Shown here piece by piece: positions 9,199-20,501 of a stretch of DNA of 64,000 nucleotides. The DNA lies in contig CAVXWP010000001.1 of NCBI GenBank assembly GCA_963765495.1, positions 256,001-320,000 on the forward strand. The letters run 5' to 3'. Origin of the DNA: Blastocatellia bacterium. Lineage in GTDB: Bacteria; Acidobacteriota; Blastocatellia; UBA7656. The notes beneath the pieces were generated by a model. It worked only from the letters and a program-made list of their open reading frames with translations. It searched no databases and had not been told where the DNA came from. Made by a program: the position numbers and the translations under genes. The stretch's first letter is position 1. Each line of letters opens with the position of its first letter.

Positions 9199-10514
9199 CC
9201 TTTCGCCGGGACATAAGGCTTTTTGATGTACTGCCCGGCAAGTTTATGAGAATCGAATACGTTCTCGCGTTTCAGCACCGTCTGGTATTCCTCTAAAGCT
9301 TCGTCGCGTTTGCCCGCCGCGTCAAGCGCCTGACCGGCGTGAAGGTAGGCGAGCGACACAAGCTGCTTTTCGGATTTGGGCCATCGCTTGACCTCCGCGT
9401 ACTTTTCGATGGCCTCCGTGTAACGGCCCGCGGCGGTGAGCGCCTCGCCCCATTGATAATTGATCAGGTCGGTGGCTTCCGAGGCTACGCGCTCGTCTTT
9501 GAGCATGGCGGCAAAGGCTGCGTCGCCGTCTTGCGGGCGATTCATGCGATAGAGCATCGCCGCGCGCTCGACGCCCAGCAGGTAATTGCGCGGATATTTG
9601 TTTGCCAGAAAGCTGATGTTTTCAAGCGCGCCTTCGGGATTGTTTTCGCGGCTGTAAAGACCTATCAACAGCACTCGCGCATCATCTGCCGCATACTTGC
9701 CGCGCGCGGCCACCATCTCGAGATATTCGAAGCCCTTCTTTTTCGAGCCCTTTAACCCGGCAAGTCGCGCAAGCACCTTCCAGACAAAAGGCAGGCTGTC
9801 GATGACGTATTCGTAAAGCCCTATGCTCAGATAAGCATCCACATAATCGGGATCGAGTTTGACTACCCGCTTTTGAATCTTGATGGAATCGTTTGCATCG
9901 CCGATGGCTTTGCGAAAGCTGCGTTTCAAGGTAACGGTGTAGCCTGCGCGCAACCCTTGCGCTGCTCCCATGTAATAGAGCGCCTCCGTATCCTGCGGGT
10001 TCTGTTTCAATCGCGCTTCGGAGACGGCTACGGCCTTCTTAATCAGAGCCTCGAACTGGCGATTGCGATCAGGGTCGAAGCTATCCTGCTCGGCATCCTG
10101 ATCGTAAAAAGATTCGCCCGAATAAAGCGAGGTCGAAAGCCTGCGGCTTGAGTTGAGAGTTTCGAGCCAGAGGTTGTTTGCGAGATAGACATATCCGGCC
10201 GGGTGGTCCGGGGCTATCTTCGTCATACGCTCGAACATCTCTCGGGCCTTTTTGTAATCGAGGTTGTAGACCGCTTCGTTGCCTTCGATTCTCAGCCGGT
10301 CAAACTCTTCCGCGTTTGATGAATTGCTTGCCCGCGCGGATTTCACCTGTGTGGATTTCACCTGTGTGGATTTCACCTGTGCGGATTTCACCTGTGCGGA
10401 TTTCGCCTGCTGTCTGGTCGCGCTTCTTGTCTGGGGGGTGGTCGATGCAATTGCGCCTGTAATGTTCGATGTAAAAATCACGAACGCAAGGAATAAAGCC
10501 TGTACTGCATACAT
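9195..10514 (-). CDS. Exported tetratricopeptide-repeat protein
   Basis: Signal peptide; TPR-like helices (EALYYMG, DAYLSIG, AYLHAGQALDAAG); AAGGAG RBS. Confidence 0.8.
   Translation of the reverse strand: MYAVQALFLAFVIFTSNITGAIASTTPQTRSATRQQAKSAQVKSAQVKSTQVKSTQVKSARASNSSNAEEFDRLRIEGNEAVYNLDYKKAREMFERMTKIAPDHPAGYVYLANNLWLETLNSSRRLSTSLYSGESFYDQDAEQDSFDPDRNRQFEALIKKAVAVSEARLKQNPQDTEALYYMGAAQGLRAGYTVTLKRSFRKAIGDANDSIKIQKRVVKLDPDYVDAYLSIGLYEYVIDSLPFVWKVLARLAGLKGSKKKGFEYLEMVAARGKYAADDARVLLIGLYSRENNPEGALENISFLANKYPRNYLLGVERAAMLYRMNRPQDGDAAFAAMLKDERVASEATDLINYQWGEALTAAGRYTEAIEKYAEVKRWPKSEKQLVSLAYLHAGQALDAAGKRDEALEEYQTVLKRENVFDSHKLAGQYIKKPYVPAKG
10336..10410 (-). repeat. 15-bp tandem repeat x5 (QVKS[AT]) in the N-terminal linker
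   Basis: G(C/T)GGATTTC(A/G)CCTG(T/C) five times. Confidence 0.9.
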
Positions 10515-10567
10515 CCTGAAATCTCCTTAGCTGATAAGATCCATTCGAGCAGGGACACGCGCATATA

Positions 10568-11575
10568 TCAGGGAATGATGATTGACAGTGCATCGGGCAC
10601 TATATCAAATTCCATCGGCAACGAGCCTATCAACTCTCCGTCGACCTCCACCCACAGCTCATCCGAAGAATTTACCTTGATGTGACGGCCTTTAACTATT
10701 GTTGCGCTCGTCCGGGCGGCATCGCCTCGCAGACATCTGGCGAAATCAGGCATATAAGCCAGGATGTTTGAGCGGGGCGGGAATATCGCTACTTCGAATA
10801 ACGCCTCTTCAAGATCGGCGTTGGGCGTTAATTTAAGGCCGCCGCCGTAGCTTTTGCCGTTGCCTATGACGGCGAACGCGCTTTCGTATGCTCGTCCGTC
10901 CACCTCTATCATAAACGGCTCTGCGCCCCACGTGGCGATATGCTTCATGCCCGAAATCCAGAAGGCGAACTCGCCTGTTCTCCGCTTCAGCTTCGGATTC
11001 ACCGCGCGGGTTATCGAAGCATCCAGCCCGATGCCTGCGAACATCAGAAAATACCTCTGCGGGGGCCGTGGGTCGGGGGCCGGGGGTCGGTTTAGATCGG
11101 TCGCCATGTCATAGCCCGGCTGACGATTGCTGTCTCCCGTTTCATCCCCGGCCCCAGGCCCTCGCTCCCCGGCCCCTGTCTGGACTACAGACAAAGCGCG
11201 GCCTAAAGCGATCCGTCGGGTCTTACCTGCGGCTATCACATCGGCGAGACCTTTCAAATCGGAAGGCATAAGGATGTCGCGCGCCACTACGTTGGCCGTG
11301 CCGCCGGCCCACACGGCAAGCGCGGCGTTGCCTCCGACTAAACCTTGAAGAACTTCATTGAGCGTTCCGTCACCGCCGTAGCTGACGACTATCTCTGCGC
11401 CTTCCGAAGTTGCTTCACGCGCAAGGCGAACAGCGTCGTTCGGCGCGGCGGTGGCGTGGGCCTCTGCTTCGACGCCGCGCTCTTTGAGTAACTCGATCAA
11501 CGCGCGGGCGTTTTCCGCGCGGCGGCCCGGACGGCCCGATATCGGGTTGTAGATTATGACTGCTCGTTTGCTCAT
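10568..11575 (-). CDS. Diacylglycerol kinase family lipid kinase (YegS/DgkB/BmrU-like) with an internal insertion
   Basis: Motifs IYNPISG, GGDGTLNEV, GTANVVA, GIGLDA, GNGKSYGGG, VDGE. Start set at ATG 11575, just below a sigma-54 promoter. Confidence 0.88.
   Translation of the reverse strand: MSKRAVIIYNPISGRPGRRAENARALIELLKERGVEAEAHATAAPNDAVRLAREATSEGAEIVVSYGGDGTLNEVLQGLVGGNAALAVWAGGTANVVARDILMPSDLKGLADVIAAGKTRRIALGRALSVVQTGAGERGPGAGDETGDSNRQPGYDMATDLNRPPAPDPRPPQRYFLMFAGIGLDASITRAVNPKLKRRTGEFAFWISGMKHIATWGAEPFMIEVDGRAYESAFAVIGNGKSYGGGLKLTPNADLEEALFEVAIFPPRSNILAYMPDFARCLRGDAARTSATIVKGRHIKVNSSDELWVEVDGELIGSLPMEFDIVPDALSIIIP
11061..11177. repeat. GGGGCC(A/G)-type palindromic element inside the lipid kinase CDS
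   Basis: Arm GGGGGCCGTGGGTCGGGGGCCGGGGGTCGG and arm CCCCGGCCCCAGGCCCTCGCTCCCCGGCCCCT; same family as the intergenic copies at 19063, 37328 and 48588. Confidence 0.8.
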
Positions 11576-11594
11576 CGTGTCCCTGTGTTGGTAG

Positions 11595-11610
11595 TGCAAG
11601 TTGGATGCCA
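11595..11610 (-). promoter_or_regulatory. Sigma-54 (-24/-12) promoter
   Basis: Minus strand TGGCATCCAACTTGCA: GG-N10-GC, one mismatch from TGGCAC-N5-TTGCA. Confidence 0.75.
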
Positions 11611-11700
11611 TTCAGATACGGCTGTAAGTATTCTAAAACCGCGTTTCCCGTAACATCAAGAAGGCCGGGGCGCAGGTTTTATCCGACTATAGTCGGAAAA

Positions 11701-11810
11701 GTGATACGTGAAGCGTGATGCGTGGCTTTCGGATAGATTGCCTGTTAAAGACTATTTCCAAGCCTGCTAAATCACGAATCGCGCATCGCGCTTCACTCTT
11801 CACGCATCGC
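11701..11810. repeat. GCGTGAT-family palindromic element
   Basis: GTGATACGTGAAGCGTGATGCGTG ... TCACGAATCGCGCATCGCGCTTCACTCTTCACGCATCGC; overlaps the methyltransferase stop. Confidence 0.75.
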
Positions 11811-12566
11811 TTTGAGTATGAGGTAGACGGGAATGCGCATCGCTCCATTGTAACGGTCGGCATTTTTGGCGACGAAATCAGCCGGTGGCTGAGGCTCGCA
11901 CAAATCCGTCACCTTGAGCCCGCTTGAAGTCAGCGCGTTGAAATAATCAGAGGTAGTATGATGATAACTCACTATGCGGCGACCCTCGGCGGGCACTTCG
12001 CCGCATGCCAGCCACGGGGTTTCAATCGAGCGAATCGGTTCGCCAAAATAATGTGTCTTCCAGTCTTCAGGCGGCATGTTTTCGTCTGGACCGGCTACGG
12101 GAAACCGCGCAGTGGAAATCGGGTGCAATACGCTTGCGATGAAGCGCCCCCGGGGCTTGAGAACTTTCGCCACTTCTCGCATGAACGCGTCAAGGTTCTG
12201 GATGTAATGCAGCGCCGTGGCAGTCAATACGAGATCAAATTCCGATTCCCCAAACGGCAAAGGGCGACTGATATCGGCGGCGGCCAGATCGAGTTGCGCG
12301 CCCTGTTTGCGAGCCTTTTCGAGCGCCAGCCTGATCATCACCGGAGACAGATCAAGCCCCGTAACCCGCGCTCCGCGTTCGGCAAGCCACAACGAATACG
12401 CCCCCGACCCGCAGCCAAGATCAAGTGCCCGCGCGCCTTCAAGCACGCCTGTCAGGCGTTCAATCGCAGGGCGTTCGATGTTTTCAGAATACGAATCAGC
12501 GGTCGTATTGAAACGGTCGAAGGCTTCGCCGCACGCGTTCCATGTGTTTTTCACATCATCGGACAT
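11793..12566 (-). CDS. Class I SAM-dependent methyltransferase
   Basis: Motifs ALDLGCGSG, GLDLSP, FDLV, LHY, LKPRGRF. Start set at ATG 12566; the longer ORF runs through a repeat element. Confidence 0.85.
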   Translation of the reverse strand: MSDDVKNTWNACGEAFDRFNTTADSYSENIERPAIERLTGVLEGARALDLGCGSGAYSLWLAERGARVTGLDLSPVMIRLALEKARKQGAQLDLAAADISRPLPFGESEFDLVLTATALHYIQNLDAFMREVAKVLKPRGRFIASVLHPISTARFPVAGPDENMPPEDWKTHYFGEPIRSIETPWLACGEVPAEGRRIVSYHHTTSDYFNALTSSGLKVTDLCEPQPPADFVAKNADRYNGAMRIPVYLILKAMREE

Positions 12567-12570
12567 AATC

Positions 12571-12704
12571 TGAGGGATGAGGGATGAAAAGGACTGTAGC
12601 GTAACAACTCGGTGAAAAGCGACTTGCCAGTTATCAAGATAATCACTGAGAGTCCTTTTCATCCCTCATCCCTCATCCCTCATCCCTCCTGAAATCCTTC
12701 ATCC
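12571..12704. repeat. AGGGATG-heptamer palindromic element
   Basis: TGAGGGATGAGGGATGA ... TCATCCCTCATCCCTCATCCCTCATCCC; abuts the guaB stop. Confidence 0.8.
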
Positions 12705-12705
12705 T

Positions 12706-14181
<1,476 letters not shown>

Positions 14182-14356
14182 TCAAAATAAATAAAGAAGA
14201 TTGATCCGACATGCCCCCCGAGATAAGCTCATTCGGGAAGCACAATATACGGTGCTGGTTCCATGTGGCCCCAGCAATGGAATGTATCAAAGGGGTTGGA
14301 GCTTTGCAAGCGCAGGCAATAAATCGTATCGAATGGACAAAAGATAAGGGCAACGT

Positions 14357-14397
14357 GAAGGAATAGACGGGATAAGGCTTATCCCGTCTATTCCTTC
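14357..14397. repeat. 41-bp perfect palindrome (20+1+20)
   Basis: GAAGGAATAGACGGGATAAG-G-CTTATCCCGTCTATTCCTTC. Confidence 0.85.
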
Positions 14398-14427
14398 CTG
14401 AGTTCTTTAAGAGAGTGTTAAAGCGAC

Positions 14428-14700
14428 TCAAGTCGCCTGACGGATCAGGGGAAGGATTTCCTTGAATTGATTGCGCATCTCTCTGAAGTCTCCCCGCAAA
14501 GTAAGCATGTCAGCGCGCGTGGCGTGAATCATGCTATCCATCCGGTCAAAGCGTTCATCGAACGCCTCCAGGCGCTCGTCAAATTTATTCAAACGCTCGT
14601 GAATCCCCTGTATTTGCGCTCCGAGGGTTGCTCCAAGCGTGTTTATTCGATCAAGTACGGTCTCGATTGTGGGTCTGGTCATAATATCGTCGCTGCTCAT
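14428..14700 (-). CDS. Small coiled-coil protein of unknown function
   Basis: 90 aa with heptad-like repeats (ERLNKFD/ERLEAFD/ERFDRMD). Confidence 0.65.
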   Translation of the reverse strand: MSSDDIMTRPTIETVLDRINTLGATLGAQIQGIHERLNKFDERLEAFDERFDRMDSMIHATRADMLTLRGDFREMRNQFKEILPLIRQAT

Positions 14701-14795
14701 CGCCAGTTCTCGCTTCCTGTCTCTGCAAGATCGCCTGGGGTACTAATATCAATACCCCTTCGTTCGACCCGAGTCAACGTTTGCGGAAGGGTTGC

Positions 14796-14825
14796 TTGAC
14801 AGTAATCTTTTGAGCTTGCTACTTT
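14796..14825 (+). promoter_or_regulatory. Putative sigma-70 promoter of proS
   Basis: TTGACA-18 nt-TACTTT with a TGn extension. Confidence 0.5.
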
Positions 14826-14891
14826 TGCTAATTGGACATGGCGTGGGAAAGCTGTCTTTATTGCGCGCCTGTTTTTTAAGGAGATACATAA

Positions 14892-16661
14892 ATGCGATGG
14901 TCTAAATTGTTCATACCGACTCTGCGCGAAGACCCGGCAGATGCCGAGGTCAAAAGCCACCGGCTGCTTGTGCGAGCGGGCTACATACGTCAGTTGACCT
15001 CGGGCGTCTATTCGCTGCTGCCGCTGGCCGAGCGCGTGCGGCTGAAGATAATCAATATAATCCGCGAAGAGATGAATCGAGCGGGCGCGCAGGAATTCTT
15101 TCTGCCCGCGATTCATCCGGCCGAGTTCTGGAAAGAATCAGGCAGGTGGGAAGTGATGGGTGACAATATGTTTCGGCTGCGCGACCGCAAGGGCAACGAT
15201 ATGGTGCTCGGCATGACGCACGAAGAAGTATTCACCTCCATCGCTCGGCACACATTAAACTCCTATCGCCAGTTGCCGCAGGTCTGGTATCAGATTCAGA
15301 CCAAGTTCCGCGACGAGGCCCGGCCCAAGTCCGGCCTTCTGCGCGTGCGCGAGTTCACAATGAAAGACGCGTATTCTTTCGATGTGGACCGTGAAGGGCT
15401 CGATAAATCGTTTCAGGGTCAGTACGACGCCTATTGCCGCATATTCACCCGCGCCGGATTGAAATACATAGCCGTCGAGGCGAGTTCGGGCGCGATGGGC
15501 GGAAGCCAGTCAACCGAGTTCATGATGCGCACAAACGCAGGCGAAGACAATATAGCGTTCTGCGAAAAATGCGGCTACGCGGCAAATGTCGAAAAGGCCG
15601 TTTCGCGGCTCGAACCCGTAGAGGATGAATCAACCACCGACGCGCCTGAGAAATTCCCGACACCCGGTGTGCGGACCATCAATGATCTCACAACGTTTCC
15701 GGGCGGCGCTTCGGCAGGTCGGCAAATCAAGACGCTTGTCTATATGCTCGACGACAAGCTCGCGCTTGTACTTATGCGCGGCGACCATGACTTGAACGAG
15801 ATCAAGCTTCAGGATGCCACGGGCGCTATAAACGTCAGGCCCGCGCAACCGGAGGAGATACGAGACGCGCTAGGGGCCGGAGCCGGATCGCTCGGCGCTG
15901 TCGAAGTTTCAAACGCCTCTCATCCGCGAGTATCTCAGGTGGTAGCCGATGAATCTCTGCGCGGGCGAAAGGGTATGACCACGGGCGCAAACGAAGACAA
16001 TTTCCACCTGCGCGGTGTCGCGGTTGAGCGAGACATCAAGGTAGACAAGTGGGGGAGCCTCCGTTCGGTCAGGGCGGGCGAGGGCTGTCCGAATTGCGAG
16101 GGCGTGCTCGATGTTTTTCGAGCGGTCGAGGTGGGTCACATCTTTAAGCTCGGCACGAAGTATTCAGCCAGCATGGGCGCGAATGTCCTGACCGCCGAAG
16201 GTAACGAGGTGCCGATCATCATGGGCAGTTACGGCATAGGCGTAGAGCGATTGCTGGCCGCTGCGGTCGAGTATCACGGCGATGAGGCGGGGATAGTATG
16301 GCCCGTTGCGATAGCGCCTTTTCACGTAGTCGTTACCCCGGTCAACACAAAGGATCAGGATTTAGTGGACGCGGCCGAAAGGATCTATCGCAAACTGGAA
16401 GAGGCGGGCATTGAAGTCCTTCTCGATGACCGCGACGAGCGCGCAGGCGTCAAATTTAACGATGCCGATTTGATCGGCGTGCCTTACCGTATAACCGTGG
16501 GCAAGAAGATCAAGGAAGGCAAAGTCGAATTGATGACCCGAGCCACTCGCGCATCGGAAGATGTGGCGATTGATTCGGTAGGTGAAACTTTAAAGAAGGC
16601 TTTAAGGGAGGCTCTAGAAAAGCCCTTCTATGAAGCTGCCATAGAAAACCTCGCCACTTAA
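14892..16661 (+). CDS. proS: Prolyl-tRNA synthetase (bacterial type with editing insertion)
   Basis: Motifs [62 protein letters not shown]. Confidence 0.97.
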   Translation: MRWSKLFIPTLREDPADAEVKSHRLLVRAGYIRQLTSGVYSLLPLAERVRLKIINIIREEMNRAGAQEFFLPAIHPAEFWKESGRWEVMGDNMFRLRDRKGNDMVLGMTHEEVFTSIARHTLNSYRQLPQVWYQIQTKFRDEARPKSGLLRVREFTMKDAYSFDVDREGLDKSFQGQYDAYCRIFTRAGLKYIAVEASSGAMGGSQSTEFMMRTNAGEDNIAFCEKCGYAANVEKAVSRLEPVEDESTTDAPEKFPTPGVRTINDLTTFPGGASAGRQIKTLVYMLDDKLALVLMRGDHDLNEIKLQDATGAINVRPAQPEEIRDALGAGAGSLGAVEVSNASHPRVSQVVADESLRGRKGMTTGANEDNFHLRGVAVERDIKVDKWGSLRSVRAGEGCPNCEGVLDVFRAVEVGHIFKLGTKYSASMGANVLTAEGNEVPIIMGSYGIGVERLLAAAVEYHGDEAGIVWPVAIAPFHVVVTPVNTKDQDLVDAAERIYRKLEEAGIEVLLDDRDERAGVKFNDADLIGVPYRITVGKKIKEGKVELMTRATRASEDVAIDSVGETLKKALREALEKPFYEAAIENLAT

Positions 16662-16868
16662 ATCGGAATGCAAAAGATTGGTACAAACGAAACTCCAAAG
16701 TATGGTAATCAGAAATAGGCCGGGACGGACGCGGATGCGACGGATTTTCGCGGATCTGACCTTATATGATTTAATCCGCGTAGATCCGCCCGATCCGCGT
16801 CCGTCCCGGCCTATTCCGAGATGCATTCCATTCACACTCATTTGTACCAATCTCTTGCGGAGTGATTT
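16660..16868. repeat. Nested inverted-repeat element between convergent proS and ptsI
   Basis: Outer IR GCAAAAGATTGGTACAAA / TTTGTACCAATCTCTTGC; inner IR AATAGGCCGGGACGGACGCGGAT / ATCCGCGTCCGTCCCGGCCTATT. Confidence 0.8.
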
Positions 16869-16897
16869 AGAGCGGATTTCAATTGCGTTTAACTGTA

Positions 16898-16945
16898 GTC
16901 ATCGCCCTTCGGGCGATCCGGGCAAGGACAAGCCTTGCCCCTACA
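16898..16945 (-). repeat. REP-like element (GTAG-led hairpin), identical to 31861-31908
   Basis: 48-bp exact copy; minus strand TGTAGGGGCAAGGCTTGTCCTTGCCCGGATCGCCCGAAGGGCGATGAC. Confidence 0.85.
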
Positions 16946-16979
16946 TTCATGTGGTAGTTGATACAAAGACGCGATGATT

Positions 16980-18770
16980 TTATTTTATGGGCCAGGCAGC
17001 AAAAAAGCGCGGAGCCTGACGCGGTAGCTCGCGCCCGAGCAACTCTTTGACTTCGCTCATTGAAGGCAGCTTCATGGCTTCGCTGATGAGTGTTTGCACT
17101 CTTTTGAGTTCGATAGAGCGAATGGCATTTTTGATCAGGGGAATCGAACCGGGCGCGAGGCTCAACCTGCGAATGCCAAGTCCTATGAGGACTATGGCCT
17201 GTATGGGGTCCGAGGCCATCTCTCCACATACTTCAAGCGGCACATCGGCCGTCCCAGCTGCCCGCACGAGATGCGCGAGCGTGCGCAACACCGCCGGGTG
17301 CAGAGGTTGATAAAGATGCGCTACGTTTTCGTTTGCGCGATCAACAGCCAGCAGATATTGAATCAGATCGTTTGTGCCTACCGAAAGAAAATCGGACTCG
17401 CGCGCAAACAGGTCGGCCATCATCGCGGCGGCGGGCACCTCTATCATCACACCTACAGGAAGAGTCGGGTTGTGCTCGATTCCGGCGTGGGCAAGCTCAA
17501 TCTTCACCTCTTCGATTATCCGTTTGGCGTCGCGCAATTCGCTCGTCGTGCTGATAAGCGGCAACACTATACGCAGTCGCCCGTGCAGGTTTGCGCGCAG
17601 GATGGCACGCACCTGAGTGCGAAATATATCTTCCACCTTCAAGGCAAGTCGTATGGCGCGCAAACCGAGCGCCGGGTTTTGCTCTTCTTTGAACCCGGGC
17701 AGCGTCAGCTTATCGCCCCCGAGATCGAATACGCGGATGCTCGCCCCTGCTTCGCCCGTAGCTTCGGCGAGCATGCTATAGAGCCTGTACTGCTCCTCTT
17801 CATCAGGCAATTCCGGCAGGCGATTCACAAAGAAGAATTCCGAGCGGTAGAGGCCAATGCCTTCGGCCCCGAACAGAGGAAGAGATTCAATCTCCGAGAC
17901 AAGCTCGACATTTGCCCGCAAGGTCACCTGCACTCCGTCGATGGTTTCGGCGGGCTCGAAAGGTTGAGCTATGGGAGTGGTCTGTAGGATCGTGTCGTGC
18001 TCGCGTCTGTGCATATAAGCGCGGATGACCGGCTTTGTAGGCCGCAGTATGACTTCGCCCGCAACGCCGTCCACTATTATGGCCTCGCCCGACCTGACGC
18101 GTTTCGTCAAATCGTGCAGGCCGACAACTGCCGGAAGTCTCAGAGCGCGGGCGATGATGGCCGAGTGCGAAGTCATCCCGCCCGCGTCGGTTGCAAATCC
18201 GAGCACCCGATTGAAATCGAGTTCCGCCACGGTCGAAGGCCAGATGTCTTCGGCCACGATGACAACATCCTGCTCAAATTCCGACAGGTCGAATTTAGCG
18301 TGGCCCGACAGTATAGCAAGCAGACGGGTGGTAACATCCTCTATATCCGAAGCGCGTTCGCGCAGGTACTGATCGTTGACGTGTTTGTAAGCGTTGATGG
18401 CGCGGTCTGTCACATCGCGCACGGCCCACTCGGCGTTGACGCGGCGCTTGCGAATCTCCTGCTCCATTTCGTCGAGGAGGCGTTCGTCTTCGAGCATCAA
18501 TATGTGAGCATCGAGTATGTAGGAGTGTTTATATCCAAGCTCGCGAGCGAGGCGAATCTTTATCTCCTGCATCTGAGCGCGAGCTTCTTCAAGGGCCTGG
18601 CGCAGGCGTTTGATCTCTCTGGGAATCTGCGCCGACGTGATTCCTATGTAATAAAACTGATGCCGTCCGCGTTCATCCAGTCTGAGCACGCGGCCCACGG
18701 CAATGCCTGCTGATGCGGCAAGTCCAAGCAGTTTCACATCGCGCGAAACGGTCTTTTTAGAAGAGGCCAT
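16980..18770 (-). CDS. ptsI: Phosphoenolpyruvate-protein phosphotransferase (PTS enzyme I)
   Basis: Motifs GGMTSHSAI (phospho-His), GIGLYRSE, DLGGDK, NPALGLR, MIEVP, GTNDLIQY, CGEMA. Start at ATG 18770. Confidence 0.93.
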   Translation of the reverse strand: MASSKKTVSRDVKLLGLAASAGIAVGRVLRLDERGRHQFYYIGITSAQIPREIKRLRQALEEARAQMQEIKIRLARELGYKHSYILDAHILMLEDERLLDEMEQEIRKRRVNAEWAVRDVTDRAINAYKHVNDQYLRERASDIEDVTTRLLAILSGHAKFDLSEFEQDVVIVAEDIWPSTVAELDFNRVLGFATDAGGMTSHSAIIARALRLPAVVGLHDLTKRVRSGEAIIVDGVAGEVILRPTKPVIRAYMHRREHDTILQTTPIAQPFEPAETIDGVQVTLRANVELVSEIESLPLFGAEGIGLYRSEFFFVNRLPELPDEEEQYRLYSMLAEATGEAGASIRVFDLGGDKLTLPGFKEEQNPALGLRAIRLALKVEDIFRTQVRAILRANLHGRLRIVLPLISTTSELRDAKRIIEEVKIELAHAGIEHNPTLPVGVMIEVPAAAMMADLFARESDFLSVGTNDLIQYLLAVDRANENVAHLYQPLHPAVLRTLAHLVRAAGTADVPLEVCGEMASDPIQAIVLIGLGIRRLSLAPGSIPLIKNAIRSIELKRVQTLISEAMKLPSMSEVKELLGRELPRQAPRFFAAWPIK

Positions 18771-19047
18771 CCGAAAACTCCTCTCCGAATTTCTGCTCGA
18801 CAAGTTCAGCCAGCTCACGGGCTGCTCGCTCCTCATCCTCGCCCGTTGTTTTTATTATAAGCCATGTGCCGCGCGCTGCGGCCAGCAATAAAACGCTCAG
18901 AATGGATTTGCCGTCGGCAGTCTGATTTGTGTCTTCGCGGACCAGTTCTACGGAACTCGTAAACTGAGTAGCCCTGCGGACGAGGCGAGCCGCCGCTCGC
19001 GCGTGCAAACCCAGACGGTTGGTTATCATCACTCTTTGTTCTTGCAT
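18757..19047 (-). CDS. ptsH: HPr phosphocarrier
   Basis: Motifs GLHARAA (His15) and GKSILSV (Ser46). Confidence 0.93.
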   Translation of the reverse strand: MQEQRVMITNRLGLHARAAARLVRRATQFTSSVELVREDTNQTADGKSILSVLLLAAARGTWLIIKTTGEDEERAARELAELVEQKFGEEFSDGLF

Positions 19048-19062
19048 ACTCTTATAGGTTAC

Positions 19063-19218
19063 AGGGGCCAGAGGCCGGGGGCCAGAGGCCGGGGGTTGGT
19101 ATTTGCTTGCGCCTGTTTCAGGTACTTGCGTTTTTCCATTCCGACTTCTTCAAATTGGCTGTTGCGTGTCTGTCATTGACTACTAACCTTTGTGCCCCGG
19201 CCCCTACTCTGGCCCCTA
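19063..19218. repeat. GGGGCCA-heptamer palindromic element
   Basis: AGGGGCCAGAGGCCGGGGGCCAGAGGCCGGGG ... CCCCGGCCCCTACTCTGGCCCCTA; overlaps the permease stop. Confidence 0.8.
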
Positions 19219-20469
19219 GGCTTCAAGGCGCGGGTCTGCGGCGTCGCGCAGACCGTCTCCCAAAAAATTCCAGGCCATTACGGCGATAAAGATAAATACG
19301 CCGGGCGTGAGCACCCAGGGGAAATCGCTCAGATAGCGAATCTGCTGCGCGTCTATAAGCATATTGCCCCAGCTCGCTTCGGGCTCCTGAATGCCTGCGC
19401 CGAGAAATGAGAGCGCTACCTCGCCGAGGATATAGAAGGGAACCGACAGCGTGGCTGTGACGATTACAAACGAGAGCGTGTTTGGAAGTATGTGGCGGAT
19501 TATTATCCGAGGGCTTGAAAAACCCAGGGCGCGGGCGGCAATCACATACTCGTGCTCTTTGAGCGATAGCACCATGCCGCGTATCACGCGCGCCTCCGAG
19601 GCCCAGCCTATAAAAGCCAGTATGATGACGATGATCAGATAAACCTGCGTGGAACTGAGCCCGGTTCCAAAGACCTGCCGCATTATCAGGATAAAGTAGA
19701 GACTCGGCAGCGCAAGCAGCACCTCTACTCCACGCATCAGCAGAAAGTCTGCCAACCCGCCGAAGTATCCGGCTATGCCGCCCACGAACATGCCTATGGC
19801 GGTAGAGATTATTATGCCGAGAATGCCTATTGATAAAGAGACCTGCCCGCCATAAAGCAACCGCGAAAAGATATCGCGGCCCACCTTGTCGGAGCCAAAC
19901 AGAAAGATGCGGCCCGGTTCCTCTACGCCGAACAGGTGAATGTTCGACGGGATGACCCAGAGGATGCGATAGGAATCGCCGCGCACAAAAAATCGGATCG
20001 GGTATTTTATGGTCAGATCGTCGCTATAGGTCTTTAGCTGAATGTCTTCGGGTTTGATTCCATAGACAAACGGGCGCGAGAGGTTTCCCTGGCTGTCAAA
20101 CAGGTGGAGCCGCGTGAGCATGGGCGGATAGAAAGGCAGGTTTGTAGCCGAATCGTCGTAGGCATTAGGAGAGAGAAAACCTGCGAAGATGGCCGACAGA
20201 TAGAGCGCGACCAGTGTGTAAAGGCCAAACATCGCCGTGCGATTGCGGCGCAACTTCAGCCAGATTAGCTGCGAAGGCGACCGCCCGCCACTCGATCTTT
20301 TGCTCTCTCCTGTCTCTGCGTTTACGATTTCGCCTACTCGTGCAGGTGGCATCTGTTCAACAACCGCTTCGCCGGGCGCGCGTTCGAAGACGACGGGCCG
20401 CTCTTCGAGGGCGTGATCCGCTCGCTGTTCGTCCATCAATTCATCATCGCTTGTCGGGCGGTCGGTCAT
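19216..20469 (-). CDS. Oligopeptide/dipeptide ABC transporter permease (OppC/DppC-like)
   Basis: Motifs GSDKVGRDIFSRL, EYVIAARALG, RHILPN, SWGNML, GDGLRDAADP. Confidence 0.92.
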   Translation of the reverse strand: MTDRPTSDDELMDEQRADHALEERPVVFERAPGEAVVEQMPPARVGEIVNAETGESKRSSGGRSPSQLIWLKLRRNRTAMFGLYTLVALYLSAIFAGFLSPNAYDDSATNLPFYPPMLTRLHLFDSQGNLSRPFVYGIKPEDIQLKTYSDDLTIKYPIRFFVRGDSYRILWVIPSNIHLFGVEEPGRIFLFGSDKVGRDIFSRLLYGGQVSLSIGILGIIISTAIGMFVGGIAGYFGGLADFLLMRGVEVLLALPSLYFILIMRQVFGTGLSSTQVYLIIVIILAFIGWASEARVIRGMVLSLKEHEYVIAARALGFSSPRIIIRHILPNTLSFVIVTATLSVPFYILGEVALSFLGAGIQEPEASWGNMLIDAQQIRYLSDFPWVLTPGVFIFIAVMAWNFLGDGLRDAADPRLEA

Positions 20470-20501
20470 CTCTTATTACTCAAGTCGTAAGAGTTCAGCA
20501 G

